This document shows, piece by piece, positions 1-10,578 of a stretch of DNA of 64,000 bases (positions are counted from its first letter, which is position 1; each line of letters begins with the position of its first letter). Source of the stretch: an uncultured Bacteroidota bacterium (GTDB lineage: Bacteria; Bacteroidota; Bacteroidia; Chitinophagales; Chitinophagaceae); assembly GCA_963731245.1 (NCBI GenBank), contig CAVSVA010000019.1, positions 165,404 through 229,403 of the forward strand. The letters run 5' to 3'. The translations under genes were made by a program, and so were the position numbers. The notes beneath the pieces were generated by a model, which saw only the letters and a list, made by a program, of their open reading frames with translations, was not told where the DNA came from and did no database searches.

Positions 1-655
1 CGCCACATCTCTTCCATCAGCCTGCTGGCGCATCAACTGAAGCATTAAACATTCCTGCAAATCTCTTGCACAAACGCCGGGCGGATCAAACTGCTGAATT
101 AATTTTATTATTTCTTCAATTTCTGTTTCGGTGGCATCAATATTTTGCCTGAAGGCAAGATCATCACCAATAGAAGAAAGTTCACGTCTTAAATATCCAT
201 CATCATCAACACTGCCCACAATTTGTTCTGCAATTTTTAATCTTCTTTCATCCAACGATAACATGCCCAACTGATCAACCAGCAAATCATGCAATGTTGT
301 TTCAACACGCAGCGGAACTGTTTTCTGTTCTTCATTATCGCCATAATTATCATCGCGCAATTTATAATCTGCCACCTCATCATCGCTCTCACTTACATAA
401 TCAGAAATATCTATATTTTCATATTCATCTTCACTTCCATCATAATTCTTCTTCTGCGCTGTCAAAATCTTCAGCATGCTCTTCAAACTCACCTTCGCCT
501 TCTTCTGTAACTTCAAGCGCAGGGTTTTCTTCGAGTTCTTCCTTTATTCTTTCATCAAGATTTGCGGTAGGTATTTGCAGCAATTTCATTAACTGAATTT
601 GCTGCGGAGATAATCGTTGTAATAATTTTTGCTGTAAAGTTTGACTTAATGCCAT
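1..655 (-). CDS. rpoN: RNA polymerase sigma-54 factor, 5' part (runs off the window start; one frameshift near 442)
   Basis: N-terminus LQQKLLQRLSPQQIQLMKLLQ...EELEENPALE. After a frame change it continues with IVGSVDDDGYLRR and QQFDPPGVCARDLQECL, typical of the RpoN core-binding domain. Confidence 0.93.
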
Positions 656-727
656 GCTCTTTGAAAGTAAAGTTTAATCAATTATTAAGATGCAAAATAA
701 TTACTTGCTGTAAATTTACCTGCAAAT

Positions 728-1037
728 ATGAACTTGAAAAAGAAAACATTTCTTGCATTAACTGTTAAATTACTGTTCTGCGCTGTTTGTGCGCAGGCGC
801 AGGTTTCAAAAGATTCTGCAAAGACAGATACAACACACTTTTTGCATGTTTACAATAATTTTTCATTTTTAAATCAAACAAATTTTAAAAATCAACTGCC
901 TGCAAATTTTTATGCAAAGCAATTACCTTTTTTCTGCACAAAAGAATTGCAGGTTCAAAAAGCGGTGGGCTTTCCAATAAAGTTTCGTGTTGGTTCTGTT
1001 GATGAATTGTGATAAACTGGAAGGAAAGAACAGGTGA
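728..1037 (+). CDS. Small secreted hypothetical protein (probable frameshift near 1005)
   Basis: ORF 728..1012 has a signal peptide ending AQA. The C-terminus FFCTKELQVQK...FRVGSVD continues as CDKLEGKNR* in the shifted frame to TGA at 1035-1037. Confidence 0.6.
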
Positions 1038-1045
1038 AAGAATTT

Positions 1046-1414
1046 TTAACTGTGAGCTATTAGCCATTCAACAATATCTTCAAATTTAAATTTTCCTGAT
1101 GCTACCTGAATTATGAAATTATATTTTTCGTTTTGTGTGGCGTGTATATCAAAGCCATTCATCAGCAAAAAAATTCTTACTAAAGTATAACCCGTTCTTT
1201 TATTACCATCTATAAACGGATGATTAATTAGAATACTTTCAAGCAAAGAAGCGGCTTTTTGAATGACTGTTTCGTAAAGTTCATTGCCGTCAAAAGTTTG
1301 AAAGGGTCTTGCTAATGCAGATTCAAGTGCATTTATATCTCTTATACCATGTAAACCACCAAACTTATCAATCAAAATTTTATGAATTTCTTCAGCTTCT
1401 TTTGTTGAAATCAT
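1046..1414 (-). CDS. doc: Death-on-curing (Doc/Fic) family toxin
   Basis: 122 aa, GG..GIRD..LESALARP N-terminus and HPFIDGNKRTG Fic/Doc motif; overlaps the upstream small gene by 4 nt. Confidence 0.9.
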   Translation of the reverse strand: MISTKEAEEIHKILIDKFGGLHGIRDINALESALARPFQTFDGNELYETVIQKAASLLESILINHPFIDGNKRTGYTLVRIFLLMNGFDIHATQNEKYNFIIQVASGKFKFEDIVEWLIAHS

Positions 1415-1599
1415 TGAGCAAGTTTTGCTAATAAATGCTTATCTTCTTCCAAAACCTTATTCAGCAGATCCGTTATTGAACCATTGGAATTATACTTTGA
1501 ATCAAGCGTTTTTAAAAAAGTCAGAAGCTCGCTTAATGCATCTTCTGAAAAATTATTAAGAACTTTATTTATTTCACTCTTTATTTCGTTGCTCGACAT
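1411..1599 (-). CDS. Putative antitoxin of the Doc toxin
   Basis: 62 aa, ATGA-coupled to doc; C-terminal helix VLEEDKHLLAKLAQ resembles Doc-binding antitoxin tails. Confidence 0.7.
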   Translation of the reverse strand: MSSNEIKSEINKVLNNFSEDALSELLTFLKTLDSKYNSNGSITDLLNKVLEEDKHLLAKLAQ

Positions 1600-1710
1600 A
1601 CTGATTGTTATTAATCAAAATTAAAGTTTTTTAGTAATTATTGAATTATGCTCATGGCAATAACTTTTTATAATAATTTTTATGCGCTTCTTCAATTTAT
1701 TTTATCTTGA

Positions 1711-3221
<1,511 letters not shown>

Positions 3222-3247
3222 CCTAAACAATTGTTTTAAACGATTGC

Positions 3248-4669
3248 TTAATTATTTGGCAGCACAGTTACAATTACCCGTTTATATCTTGTTAGTTGCG
3301 GTGTGCCTTTATCTGTTACCTGCAAAATAAAATGTATGGTTTGAGGTGTTTTAACCGGCGGCGCCGTAACAGGCAAATTATACAAATTAGCAGCATAAGG
3401 TTTAAAGCTTATTATGCCTGGATAAGTTCCTGCTTCTTTATATTGAAACCACAAATAACTCATCGAATCTCCATCCGGATCATAAGTGCCATCAGCATTT
3501 AAATAAAATTGTTCTCCTGAATGTACGCTGAAAGAATCAGGTATTGCAAGCTTTACAACAGGCGCATGATTGCATTCTTTATAAGATTTGGTGCACCAGC
3601 TTATACGTGCTGCAAAATCGTTTTGATAAGCCTGCCGCCATCTCCAGATAGTTGCCTGTGCGCTTTTATAACTTTGCTTGTCAGCTCCGGTTACAGAATC
3701 TTCTGCATTTGTCCAGATGGGGCGTGTTTCAGGTTCATCCTGCGGCCAGTTGTCTCTTTTAAACATGCCGGTATTTGAGTCGTGAAATTCCGGAAGATAA
3801 AACGCATAACGTCCGCCCCAGCCGCCATATTCAGGATGCGTGGCATCGTTCAATCCATTATCAATCAAATTTAAAAAAGAAGGTGTATCGCCTTCCATTC
3901 CATACGCAACATCAGGATATATGGCGCCCAATGCACCATGCCCTTGCTGAATGTTTTTGGCAAGCCAATCGTTTGAAACAACTTCTGTATTAGAACCCGC
4001 AAAAGGAAATGACATGCCCAGCCATTCTGCATTTGCATAATTATAGCCGGGCGTTACCACATAAAATATATTGGTAAACGTTTTTCTTATCCACGGGCCG
4101 CTATCATCCTGGTCTGAAATAGTATAAACCCGCACTTTTTTATAAACCTGCTGCGCATCTGCATTGCTTAATGCATGTTGAATTTTCCATAACGCTTGCG
4201 CCAGCACATTTGTTCCGCCCCATACACAAAACCATACAGGCCTCTTATCGTTTTTTTCTAACACCTGAACAATCCAGTCTGAGCCCTGCGAATCTTTTCC
4301 TTCACCAACACCTTGCATACCATATACCGGCAACCCTTTTTTTACTTTTGATAATAATGCTTCATAAGAAGGATATCCTTTTTCATGTTTCAACAAATTA
4401 GGTTGTACGTTTTTATAAGCAAGTAAAATTCTTTGAATGCTTTCTGGCGCTACTCTTGTTTTTTGATGGATGGAAGTTACTGCAATCAATGCTTCTACAT
4501 CCCATTCGTTTGAATAAGTAAGAAACCGCACCATTGATTCTGCATCATCCGGGTCGGCTTCAATATCGGTTAAAACAACAACCCGCTTTTTTTGATTAGT
4601 TTGTGCATACAATGATTGATAACATTGCATGAATACTACAATACAAATCAAAATAAAAATACTTTTCAT
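3248..4669 (-). CDS. Secreted DUF1593 (nucleoside hydrolase-like) protein with C-terminal Ig-like domain
   Basis: Signal peptide; RVVVLTDIEADPDDAESMVRFL, WGGTNVLAQAL, ISDQDDSG, MEGDTPSFL, GGWGGRY and TDKGTPQLTRYKRVIVTV motifs. Confidence 0.82.
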   Translation of the reverse strand: MKSIFILICIVVFMQCYQSLYAQTNQKKRVVVLTDIEADPDDAESMVRFLTYSNEWDVEALIAVTSIHQKTRVAPESIQRILLAYKNVQPNLLKHEKGYPSYEALLSKVKKGLPVYGMQGVGEGKDSQGSDWIVQVLEKNDKRPVWFCVWGGTNVLAQALWKIQHALSNADAQQVYKKVRVYTISDQDDSGPWIRKTFTNIFYVVTPGYNYANAEWLGMSFPFAGSNTEVVSNDWLAKNIQQGHGALGAIYPDVAYGMEGDTPSFLNLIDNGLNDATHPEYGGWGGRYAFYLPEFHDSNTGMFKRDNWPQDEPETRPIWTNAEDSVTGADKQSYKSAQATIWRWRQAYQNDFAARISWCTKSYKECNHAPVVKLAIPDSFSVHSGEQFYLNADGTYDPDGDSMSYLWFQYKEAGTYPGIISFKPYAANLYNLPVTAPPVKTPQTIHFILQVTDKGTPQLTRYKRVIVTVLPNN

Positions 4670-4897
4670 AAGTAAATATTACTGCTAATGTAAGAAGGTA
4701 AGGCGTTACCACGAATTACATATCCAATAACTGAAATTAGTTTATGTTGAAATTGATAACTTGAACGAGCTACATAATTTTAAATCGAACAAAAAAAGTT
4801 TGCACACATACTGCGCAACTTTAATGATGCATTAAAATAAATTGCCGCAATACATAAACATGCATTGCGGCAATGAAATATAAAATCAATAAAAAAT

Positions 4898-5746
4898 TTA
4901 CGGCAATAATATATTAAATGTAATGCCTGCAATGGTAACGGTAGCTTTATTATCGCAGTCGCCATTTCCAAAATCAATGGTGCGTGTTAGTTTGCCACTT
5001 GGTGTAAATTCAACTGTACCTTTTGTTATCCAATGACAATTTAATGCAACAATTAAAGGGTTGGTTATATTTTCGGTATAAGATGCCCCGCTGAACGTGG
5101 TGCCACTCGCAGATCCGGTTATACTATATACATCATCGCGCCATCCGCCAATGCCTGAAGTGCTTTCGCCCTGCACCCATTCTCTTGTACGCGTTGACGC
5201 AAACGTAAGTTTATGCCCCGCAGTATCTGTAATAGTAGTGTTATCCTGCACGGTAAAAGAAGTATTGCCTGCCGTATTACGCCCATTATTGGTAACAGTT
5301 TGCGTGCCATCAACCTTATAATTATTTACGTAATAATCGTTAAACGTAATTGAGTGCACACTTCCGGAATCTCTGTAGCGGCCGTTATAAGTAACAATTA
5401 TTTCTCCGCGCCTGTATTTGCCATCATAGCAACGGCAGTTTGTATTTCCAAAATTTATAGTGAGTGTGTACGGAGATGAAGCCAGATTAAAAGTTATAGT
5501 TGCACAAGGACTGAGAATATAGCTTGAAGTTGAATCGTGGTAACTTCCGGCAACACCATTATCTTCTGACTGAGCGCTTACAGAAGTAACATCATCATTG
5601 GTACTTTGTGCAAATGAATTATCAGCAGCAGTTTGTGTTTCAGTGTCTGCTGCACTTTGAGAACTGTTATTTTTTGTGCATGAATAAATTAATAAACCTG
5701 ATAAAACGCAGCATAGCAGTAAAACGGATTTAATTGTTTTTGTCAT
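4898..5746 (-). CDS. Uncharacterised beta-rich lipoprotein
   Basis: Lipobox LIYSC; Thr/Gly-rich beta strands with paired Cys (C..DGKYRRG, DFGNGDCDN). Confidence 0.75.
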   Translation of the reverse strand: MTKTIKSVLLLCCVLSGLLIYSCTKNNSSQSAADTETQTAADNSFAQSTNDDVTSVSAQSEDNGVAGSYHDSTSSYILSPCATITFNLASSPYTLTINFGNTNCRCYDGKYRRGEIIVTYNGRYRDSGSVHSITFNDYYVNNYKVDGTQTVTNNGRNTAGNTSFTVQDNTTITDTAGHKLTFASTRTREWVQGESTSGIGGWRDDVYSITGSASGTTFSGASYTENITNPLIVALNCHWITKGTVEFTPSGKLTRTIDFGNGDCDNKATVTIAGITFNILLP

Positions 5747-5768
5747 TTTGATTTTTTGATTTGGGTAC

Positions 5769-5793
5769 GACTATCAGTTACTACAACGGTTTA
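5769..5793 (-). promoter_or_regulatory. Putative ECF-sigma promoter TAAACC-N16-GTC for the lipoprotein gene
   Basis: Minus strand TAAACC gttgtagtaactgata GTC; same motif and spacing at 15953-15977 and 16862-16886. Confidence 0.6.
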
Positions 5794-5904
5794 AACAACA
5801 AATTATTTTTTAAAAATGATGTTCATTACAAAATTGTTTGTCAGTACCAAACCGAATAATTTTTACTGCTTTATCAAAACATTGTAAAGCTTTAAACAAT
5901 ATGT

Positions 5905-6684
5905 TTATTCCATCTCCGTCGCAATTAATTCAGCAATATCCATCACTTTAACAACGTCTTCTTTTTCTTTATTTTTTACACCATCAGTTAGCATGGTATT
6001 GCAGTAAGGGCAGGCAGCCGCAATAATGTTAGCGCCGGTTTCAATGGCTTCTTCGCTTCGTTCAAAATTTATACGTGTAGTTCCTTTTTCTTCTTCTTTC
6101 CACATTTGCGCACCACCGGCACCGCAACATAAACCTTTGCTGCGGCAGCGTTTCATTTCAATTAATTCAGCATCTAACATTTCAAGCACTTTACGCGGTG
6201 CTTCATAAATATTATTGGCACGGCCGAGATAGCAACTATCGTGATACGTAATTTTCTTTCCTTTAAAGCTGCCTCCATTTTTTAATTTAATTTTCCCTTC
6301 ATCCATCAACTGCTGTAAAAATGTTGTATGATGAATTACCTCATAATTGCCACCCAATTCAGGATATTCATTTTTAAAAATATTAAAGCAATGCGGGCAT
6401 GCTGTTACAATTTTTTTGATGCCATATCCATTTAAGATTTGAATATTATTATAAGCCATCATCTGAAATAAAAATTCATTTCCGGCACGGCGAGCCGGGT
6501 CTCCGGTGCACGCTTCTTCTTTGCCAAGAATAGCATATTTAATTTCTATCTTATTTAAAATTGCTGCAAAAGCACGTGTTATTTTTTGAGCACGCTGATC
6601 GAAACTGCCGGCACATCCAACCCAAAATAAAATTTCAGGCGTTTCGCCATTTGCCATCATATCTGCCATTCGCGGAACCTGCAT
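5905..6684 (-). CDS. CCG-domain Fe-S oxidoreductase subunit (GlpC/HdrB-like)
   Basis: WVGCAGS, CTGDP, TACPHC, YHDSCYLGR, CCGAGG and ACPYC motifs. Confidence 0.88.
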   Translation of the reverse strand: MQVPRMADMMANGETPEILFWVGCAGSFDQRAQKITRAFAAILNKIEIKYAILGKEEACTGDPARRAGNEFLFQMMAYNNIQILNGYGIKKIVTACPHCFNIFKNEYPELGGNYEVIHHTTFLQQLMDEGKIKLKNGGSFKGKKITYHDSCYLGRANNIYEAPRKVLEMLDAELIEMKRCRSKGLCCGAGGAQMWKEEEKGTTRINFERSEEAIETGANIIAAACPYCNTMLTDGVKNKEKEDVVKVMDIAELIATEME

Positions 6685-6792
6685 ATAATTTGTTTGATAA
6701 TTTCAAAAATAAAACAAACAGGCTTGTATTAACAAACAAACTGTTGATGCATACAATTGCAATACTATTTTTGCTTCACTAAAAACAATTGG

Positions 6793-7833
6793 TTGAAAAA
6801 AAATTATAACTGGGAAAAACTTCCGTTCAATGTAATTTATGCGCCATTTGTTTTTATATGGTTGTATTACTGGATAAAAAGCCGCAGCCTTTGGTTTTTT
6901 TCAAACGTAAACCCAATTATGTATTTCAGCGGTTTTGAAGGAGAAACAAAAGAAGAAATGTTTCAACACCTGCCGCCGCAATTTTGCCCTGCAACAATTT
7001 ATATAAATCCATTAGAAAACTTTGATTGCGTTTTGCAAAAAATGCTTGCTGCCGGTTTGCAATTTCCAGTTGCAGTAAAACCTGATGTGGGCACCAAAGG
7101 TTTGTTGTTTAGAAAAATTGCAAATGAAAAACAGCTTGCCGCGTACCATGCATTATTACCTTTTACTTATGTTATTCAGCAAATGATAACCATGCCGCTT
7201 GAACTAAGTATTTTTTATGTGCGTTATCCCGATGAAACAAAAGGAAAAATAACCGGGCTTATTGCTAAAGAATATTTGCATGTAACGGGAGATGGAACAT
7301 CAACTTTAAAACAATTGATAGAACATCATCCCAAAGCATTTATGATTTCCGCGGAACAAAAAATTAAACATGCAGAAAGATTAAATACGGTGATTGCTGC
7401 TAACGAAATTTTTTATTTAAATGAATTGGGCAATCATAACCGGGGCGCAAGATTCATTAATTTAAAAAATGAAATTGATGAACAACTATTATGTACAATT
7501 GATAAAATAAATTTATTCAGCAAAAGTTATTTTTATGGCCGCTACGATATAAAAACAACTTCATTAAAAGATTTAAAACAAGGAAAAAATATTTCAATAC
7601 TCGAATTTAACGGCGTAGGTTCTGAACCAAATCATATTTATGATATTGGATTAAGTTATAAACAGGCAATACAAATTCTTGCGCAACACTGGAAATACAT
7701 GTATGAAATTGGAAGAATAAATTATAAAAAAGGAATAGCATATATTCCATTTTGGAAAGGCATAAAAATGCTGAAAGCCTCAAAGAAAAACACAAAGCTT
7801 ATGAAACAATTAGACCTGCAATGCAAAATTTAA
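6793..7833 (+). CDS. ATP-grasp fold protein (carboxylate-amine ligase-like)
   Basis: FPVAVKPDVG, GNHNRGA, GRYDIK and ILEFNG.GSEP motifs. Start placed at TTG 6793 because a TATTTTTG -7 box lies at 6766-6773. Confidence 0.72.
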   Translation: MKKNYNWEKLPFNVIYAPFVFIWLYYWIKSRSLWFFSNVNPIMYFSGFEGETKEEMFQHLPPQFCPATIYINPLENFDCVLQKMLAAGLQFPVAVKPDVGTKGLLFRKIANEKQLAAYHALLPFTYVIQQMITMPLELSIFYVRYPDETKGKITGLIAKEYLHVTGDGTSTLKQLIEHHPKAFMISAEQKIKHAERLNTVIAANEIFYLNELGNHNRGARFINLKNEIDEQLLCTIDKINLFSKSYFYGRYDIKTTSLKDLKQGKNISILEFNGVGSEPNHIYDIGLSYKQAIQILAQHWKYMYEIGRINYKKGIAYIPFWKGIKMLKASKKNTKLMKQLDLQCKI

Positions 7834-7839
7834 CAGCAT

Positions 7840-8487
7840 ATGAATGAATGGCTGCCTGTTATGTTTGCCGGATTTGGAACAAGTTTTTTAGGGCAACTGC
7901 CGCTGGGCAATTTAAATGTTGCTGCCACACAAATTGGCGTAGAAGAAAATTTTAAAAAAGCATGGTTGTTTAGTATTGCTGTGGCGCTTGTTGAAGTTAT
8001 TTATTTGCGTATTGCGCTAAATAGTAGCGCATGGATAATGCATAATAAAATGCTCTTTAATTATATAAGCTGGTTTACAGTAGCCTTGTTTTATTTACTT
8101 GGTTTTTTAAGCATTCGCAAAGCCCTGCGGCAACAAGCACCTGAAAAAAAAGGCTTACTGATTGATAATAAAATCAACCGTTTTTTACTTGGATTAATGT
8201 TAAGTGCCATAAACCCGTTGCAAATTCCGTTTTGGTTTTTTTGGGGCACTTATTTTATTAATAACGGCACCATAAAACCATTTGCAATAGATTTTAATCT
8301 TTTCACAGCAGGTGCAGGTTTAGGCACACTAAGCGGCCAGGCAATATATATTTATGGCGGCAGTTTGCTTATAAAAAAATTAAGGGCAAGCCATAAAATT
8401 TTGAATATAATAATGGGTGCTGTATTTATAATTTCTGCTTCCATACAGGTGTATAAAATTTTCTTTGAAAGCTGGATAAAAAAATAG
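7840..8487 (+). CDS. LysE family exporter
   Basis: 215 aa, ~6 TM segments, PLGNLN and SAINPLQIPFW motifs; 6 nt downstream of the ATP-grasp gene. Confidence 0.8.
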   Translation: MNEWLPVMFAGFGTSFLGQLPLGNLNVAATQIGVEENFKKAWLFSIAVALVEVIYLRIALNSSAWIMHNKMLFNYISWFTVALFYLLGFLSIRKALRQQAPEKKGLLIDNKINRFLLGLMLSAINPLQIPFWFFWGTYFINNGTIKPFAIDFNLFTAGAGLGTLSGQAIYIYGGSLLIKKLRASHKILNIIMGAVFIISASIQVYKIFFESWIKK

Positions 8488-8507
8488 ATCAATCCTTATT
8501 ATATATT

Positions 8508-8530
8508 AAAAATGCCGGCATTTGCCGGCA
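8508..8530 (-). terminator. Intrinsic terminator
   Basis: TGCCGGCA-aa-TGCCGGCA hairpin followed by TTTTT on the minus strand. Confidence 0.7.
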
Positions 8531-8595
8531 CTCGCCATTGGGTTTTTTATTGATTAGCAACGTCCAATGTACTTTATGAGAAAAACAGATTCTTT
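8508..8595 (-). ncRNA. Candidate small RNA (or structured 3' UTR of the permease gene)
   Basis: UUUUUCUCAUAAAG single-stranded tract, then a CAUUGG/CCAAUG stem (8536-8569), then a terminator; no ORF; 5' end not defined. Confidence 0.35.
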
Positions 8596-8740
8596 AATGA
8601 AGAAATAATTAAATGCACTTCATTCAACTTAAATAAATAAGATGAATGCTTATTAAACGAAATCCTGCTGCTTAAGGAAACAACTTTAGAGAATTATTTT
8701 TGAAGAATTTGTTTGATTGATTTGCTTATAAAAATATTGC

Positions 8741-10480
8741 TTAAGAAACGCTCAATTTGCTCTTTCTGTATCCATAAGAAAAATAAACGATCAATCCTAA
8801 CGCAAGCCATGAGCCAAACCAAGCCCAGTTTGTGCCCGTCATTCCGGTTAGTAAATACAAACAGGTTGAAAGGCCAAGCAACGGTATCAGCGACCAGTTT
8901 TTTATAAATGTTATCACCGAAAGAATAATCATCACACACCAAAAAATAATAGTTGAAATATTCAGCGATGCATTGTCTTCTGTAATAATAAAAAGATGGC
9001 TGATATAATTACTGCTGCTTAATTCAAGTATTACCAAAGCAGCAATAATAATAAGCGGAAATATAAATCTTGAATTGATATATGGTATATTGAATTTACC
9101 CGGCATTTTTTGCTTTGTTGGTATTAACAGCACGCCGCCGCAAACCAATACAAAAGCAAATAATGTAGCGATGCTTGTAAAATCGAGCACGAAAGTTTTA
9201 TCGGTAAATAAAACCGGAATGCCTACAATTAAACCGGTAATGATTGTTGAGAAAGATGGTGTTTGATATTTAGGATGAATTTTTTCAAACACAGGCGGCA
9301 ATAAGCCATCGCGGCTCATGCTCATCCAAATTCTTGGCTGCCCCATTTGAAAAACAAGCAGCACGCTTGTCATTGCAATAACGGCGCATATTGAAACAAG
9401 AAACTGCATCCATCCAACATTTAAATTTTCGGGTTCAAAAATAAATGCCAGCGGATCGCCCACATTTTCAAACTTTGAATACACAACTGCGCCGGTTAAA
9501 ACTAATGCAAGCACTATATAAATTACAGTGCAAATAACAAGTGATAATATCATTCCACGCGGCAGATCGCGTTGCGGGTTTTTGCTTTCTTCAGCCAAAA
9601 CACTCACAGCATCAAACCCAATATAAGCAAAGAAAACACCGCTTACGGCAGCCATCACTCCATTAAATCCATTCGGCATAAAAGATTGTACACCGGCTGC
9701 ATTTACCGGATGCCAGTTAACGGTAAGCCCGTTATGAAAAATAACATATCCGCCAACAATAATCACTAAAACTACAATGGCAAGCTTAAGCATAACCATT
9801 GTGTTGCTGAAATTTCTGCTCTCTTTTATGCCGCGATAAACAAGGTAAGTGATGAGAAAATTAATAACGATTGCGGGCAGATCAAATATAATTTTTAAAC
9901 CACCAATTACCGGCGCACTATTCCATGCATTTAATAACGCTTTTGTTGAGTTGGTTACCTGCCCTGCTGTATTTGCAGCGGCGCTTAGCACTGCGCCATG
10001 CGCTTCCATATAACTGCAGGTTAAATAATCTGGAATATGAATGTTTATTTTATCAAGAAAACTTGTGAAATAATCACTCCATGAAAAGGCAACATAAATA
10101 TTACCGATAGAATATTCCATGATGAGTGCCCAGCCAATAATCCATGCAAACAATTCTCCGAACGATGCATACGCATACGTATAAGCGCTGCCCGCAACAG
10201 GAATGCGGCTTGCAAATTCTGAATAACACAACGCCGTAAAACCGCATGCAATTCCGCAAATAATAAACAATACCACAACACCCGGGCCGCCTGAAAAAAC
10301 AGCTAAACCCAAACTGCTGAAACTGCCAGCACCAATAATTGCAGCTATACCAAAAAAAGTAAGATCACGCATGGTAAGCACACGCTTTAAACCAGCGCCT
10401 GCATGCGGATCTTCGGCCATGGTTGCCGCATCACGCAAAATTTTATCTATCTTTTTTGTACGAAAAAGCGGATGCGCCAT
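8741..10480 (-). CDS. APC family amino acid permease (cationic amino acid transporter-like)
   Basis: GIAAIIGAG, CYSEFASRIPVAGSAYTY, FFAYIGFDA and ESKNPQRDLPRG motifs; many TM helices; start taken at MAHPLF. Confidence 0.92.
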   Translation of the reverse strand: MAHPLFRTKKIDKILRDAATMAEDPHAGAGLKRVLTMRDLTFFGIAAIIGAGSFSSLGLAVFSGGPGVVVLFIICGIACGFTALCYSEFASRIPVAGSAYTYAYASFGELFAWIIGWALIMEYSIGNIYVAFSWSDYFTSFLDKINIHIPDYLTCSYMEAHGAVLSAAANTAGQVTNSTKALLNAWNSAPVIGGLKIIFDLPAIVINFLITYLVYRGIKESRNFSNTMVMLKLAIVVLVIIVGGYVIFHNGLTVNWHPVNAAGVQSFMPNGFNGVMAAVSGVFFAYIGFDAVSVLAEESKNPQRDLPRGMILSLVICTVIYIVLALVLTGAVVYSKFENVGDPLAFIFEPENLNVGWMQFLVSICAVIAMTSVLLVFQMGQPRIWMSMSRDGLLPPVFEKIHPKYQTPSFSTIITGLIVGIPVLFTDKTFVLDFTSIATLFAFVLVCGGVLLIPTKQKMPGKFNIPYINSRFIFPLIIIAALVILELSSSNYISHLFIITEDNASLNISTIIFWCVMIILSVITFIKNWSLIPLLGLSTCLYLLTGMTGTNWAWFGSWLALGLIVYFSYGYRKSKLSVS

Positions 10481-10578
10481 GCAATTGATTTTGTAAGTGA
10501 AAATAAGCAATTGGCTAAGAGATAAAAAAGGAAAAGAAATTAATTTCTCTTTTTCTCCTTTGCTCCTTTAACCTCTTA

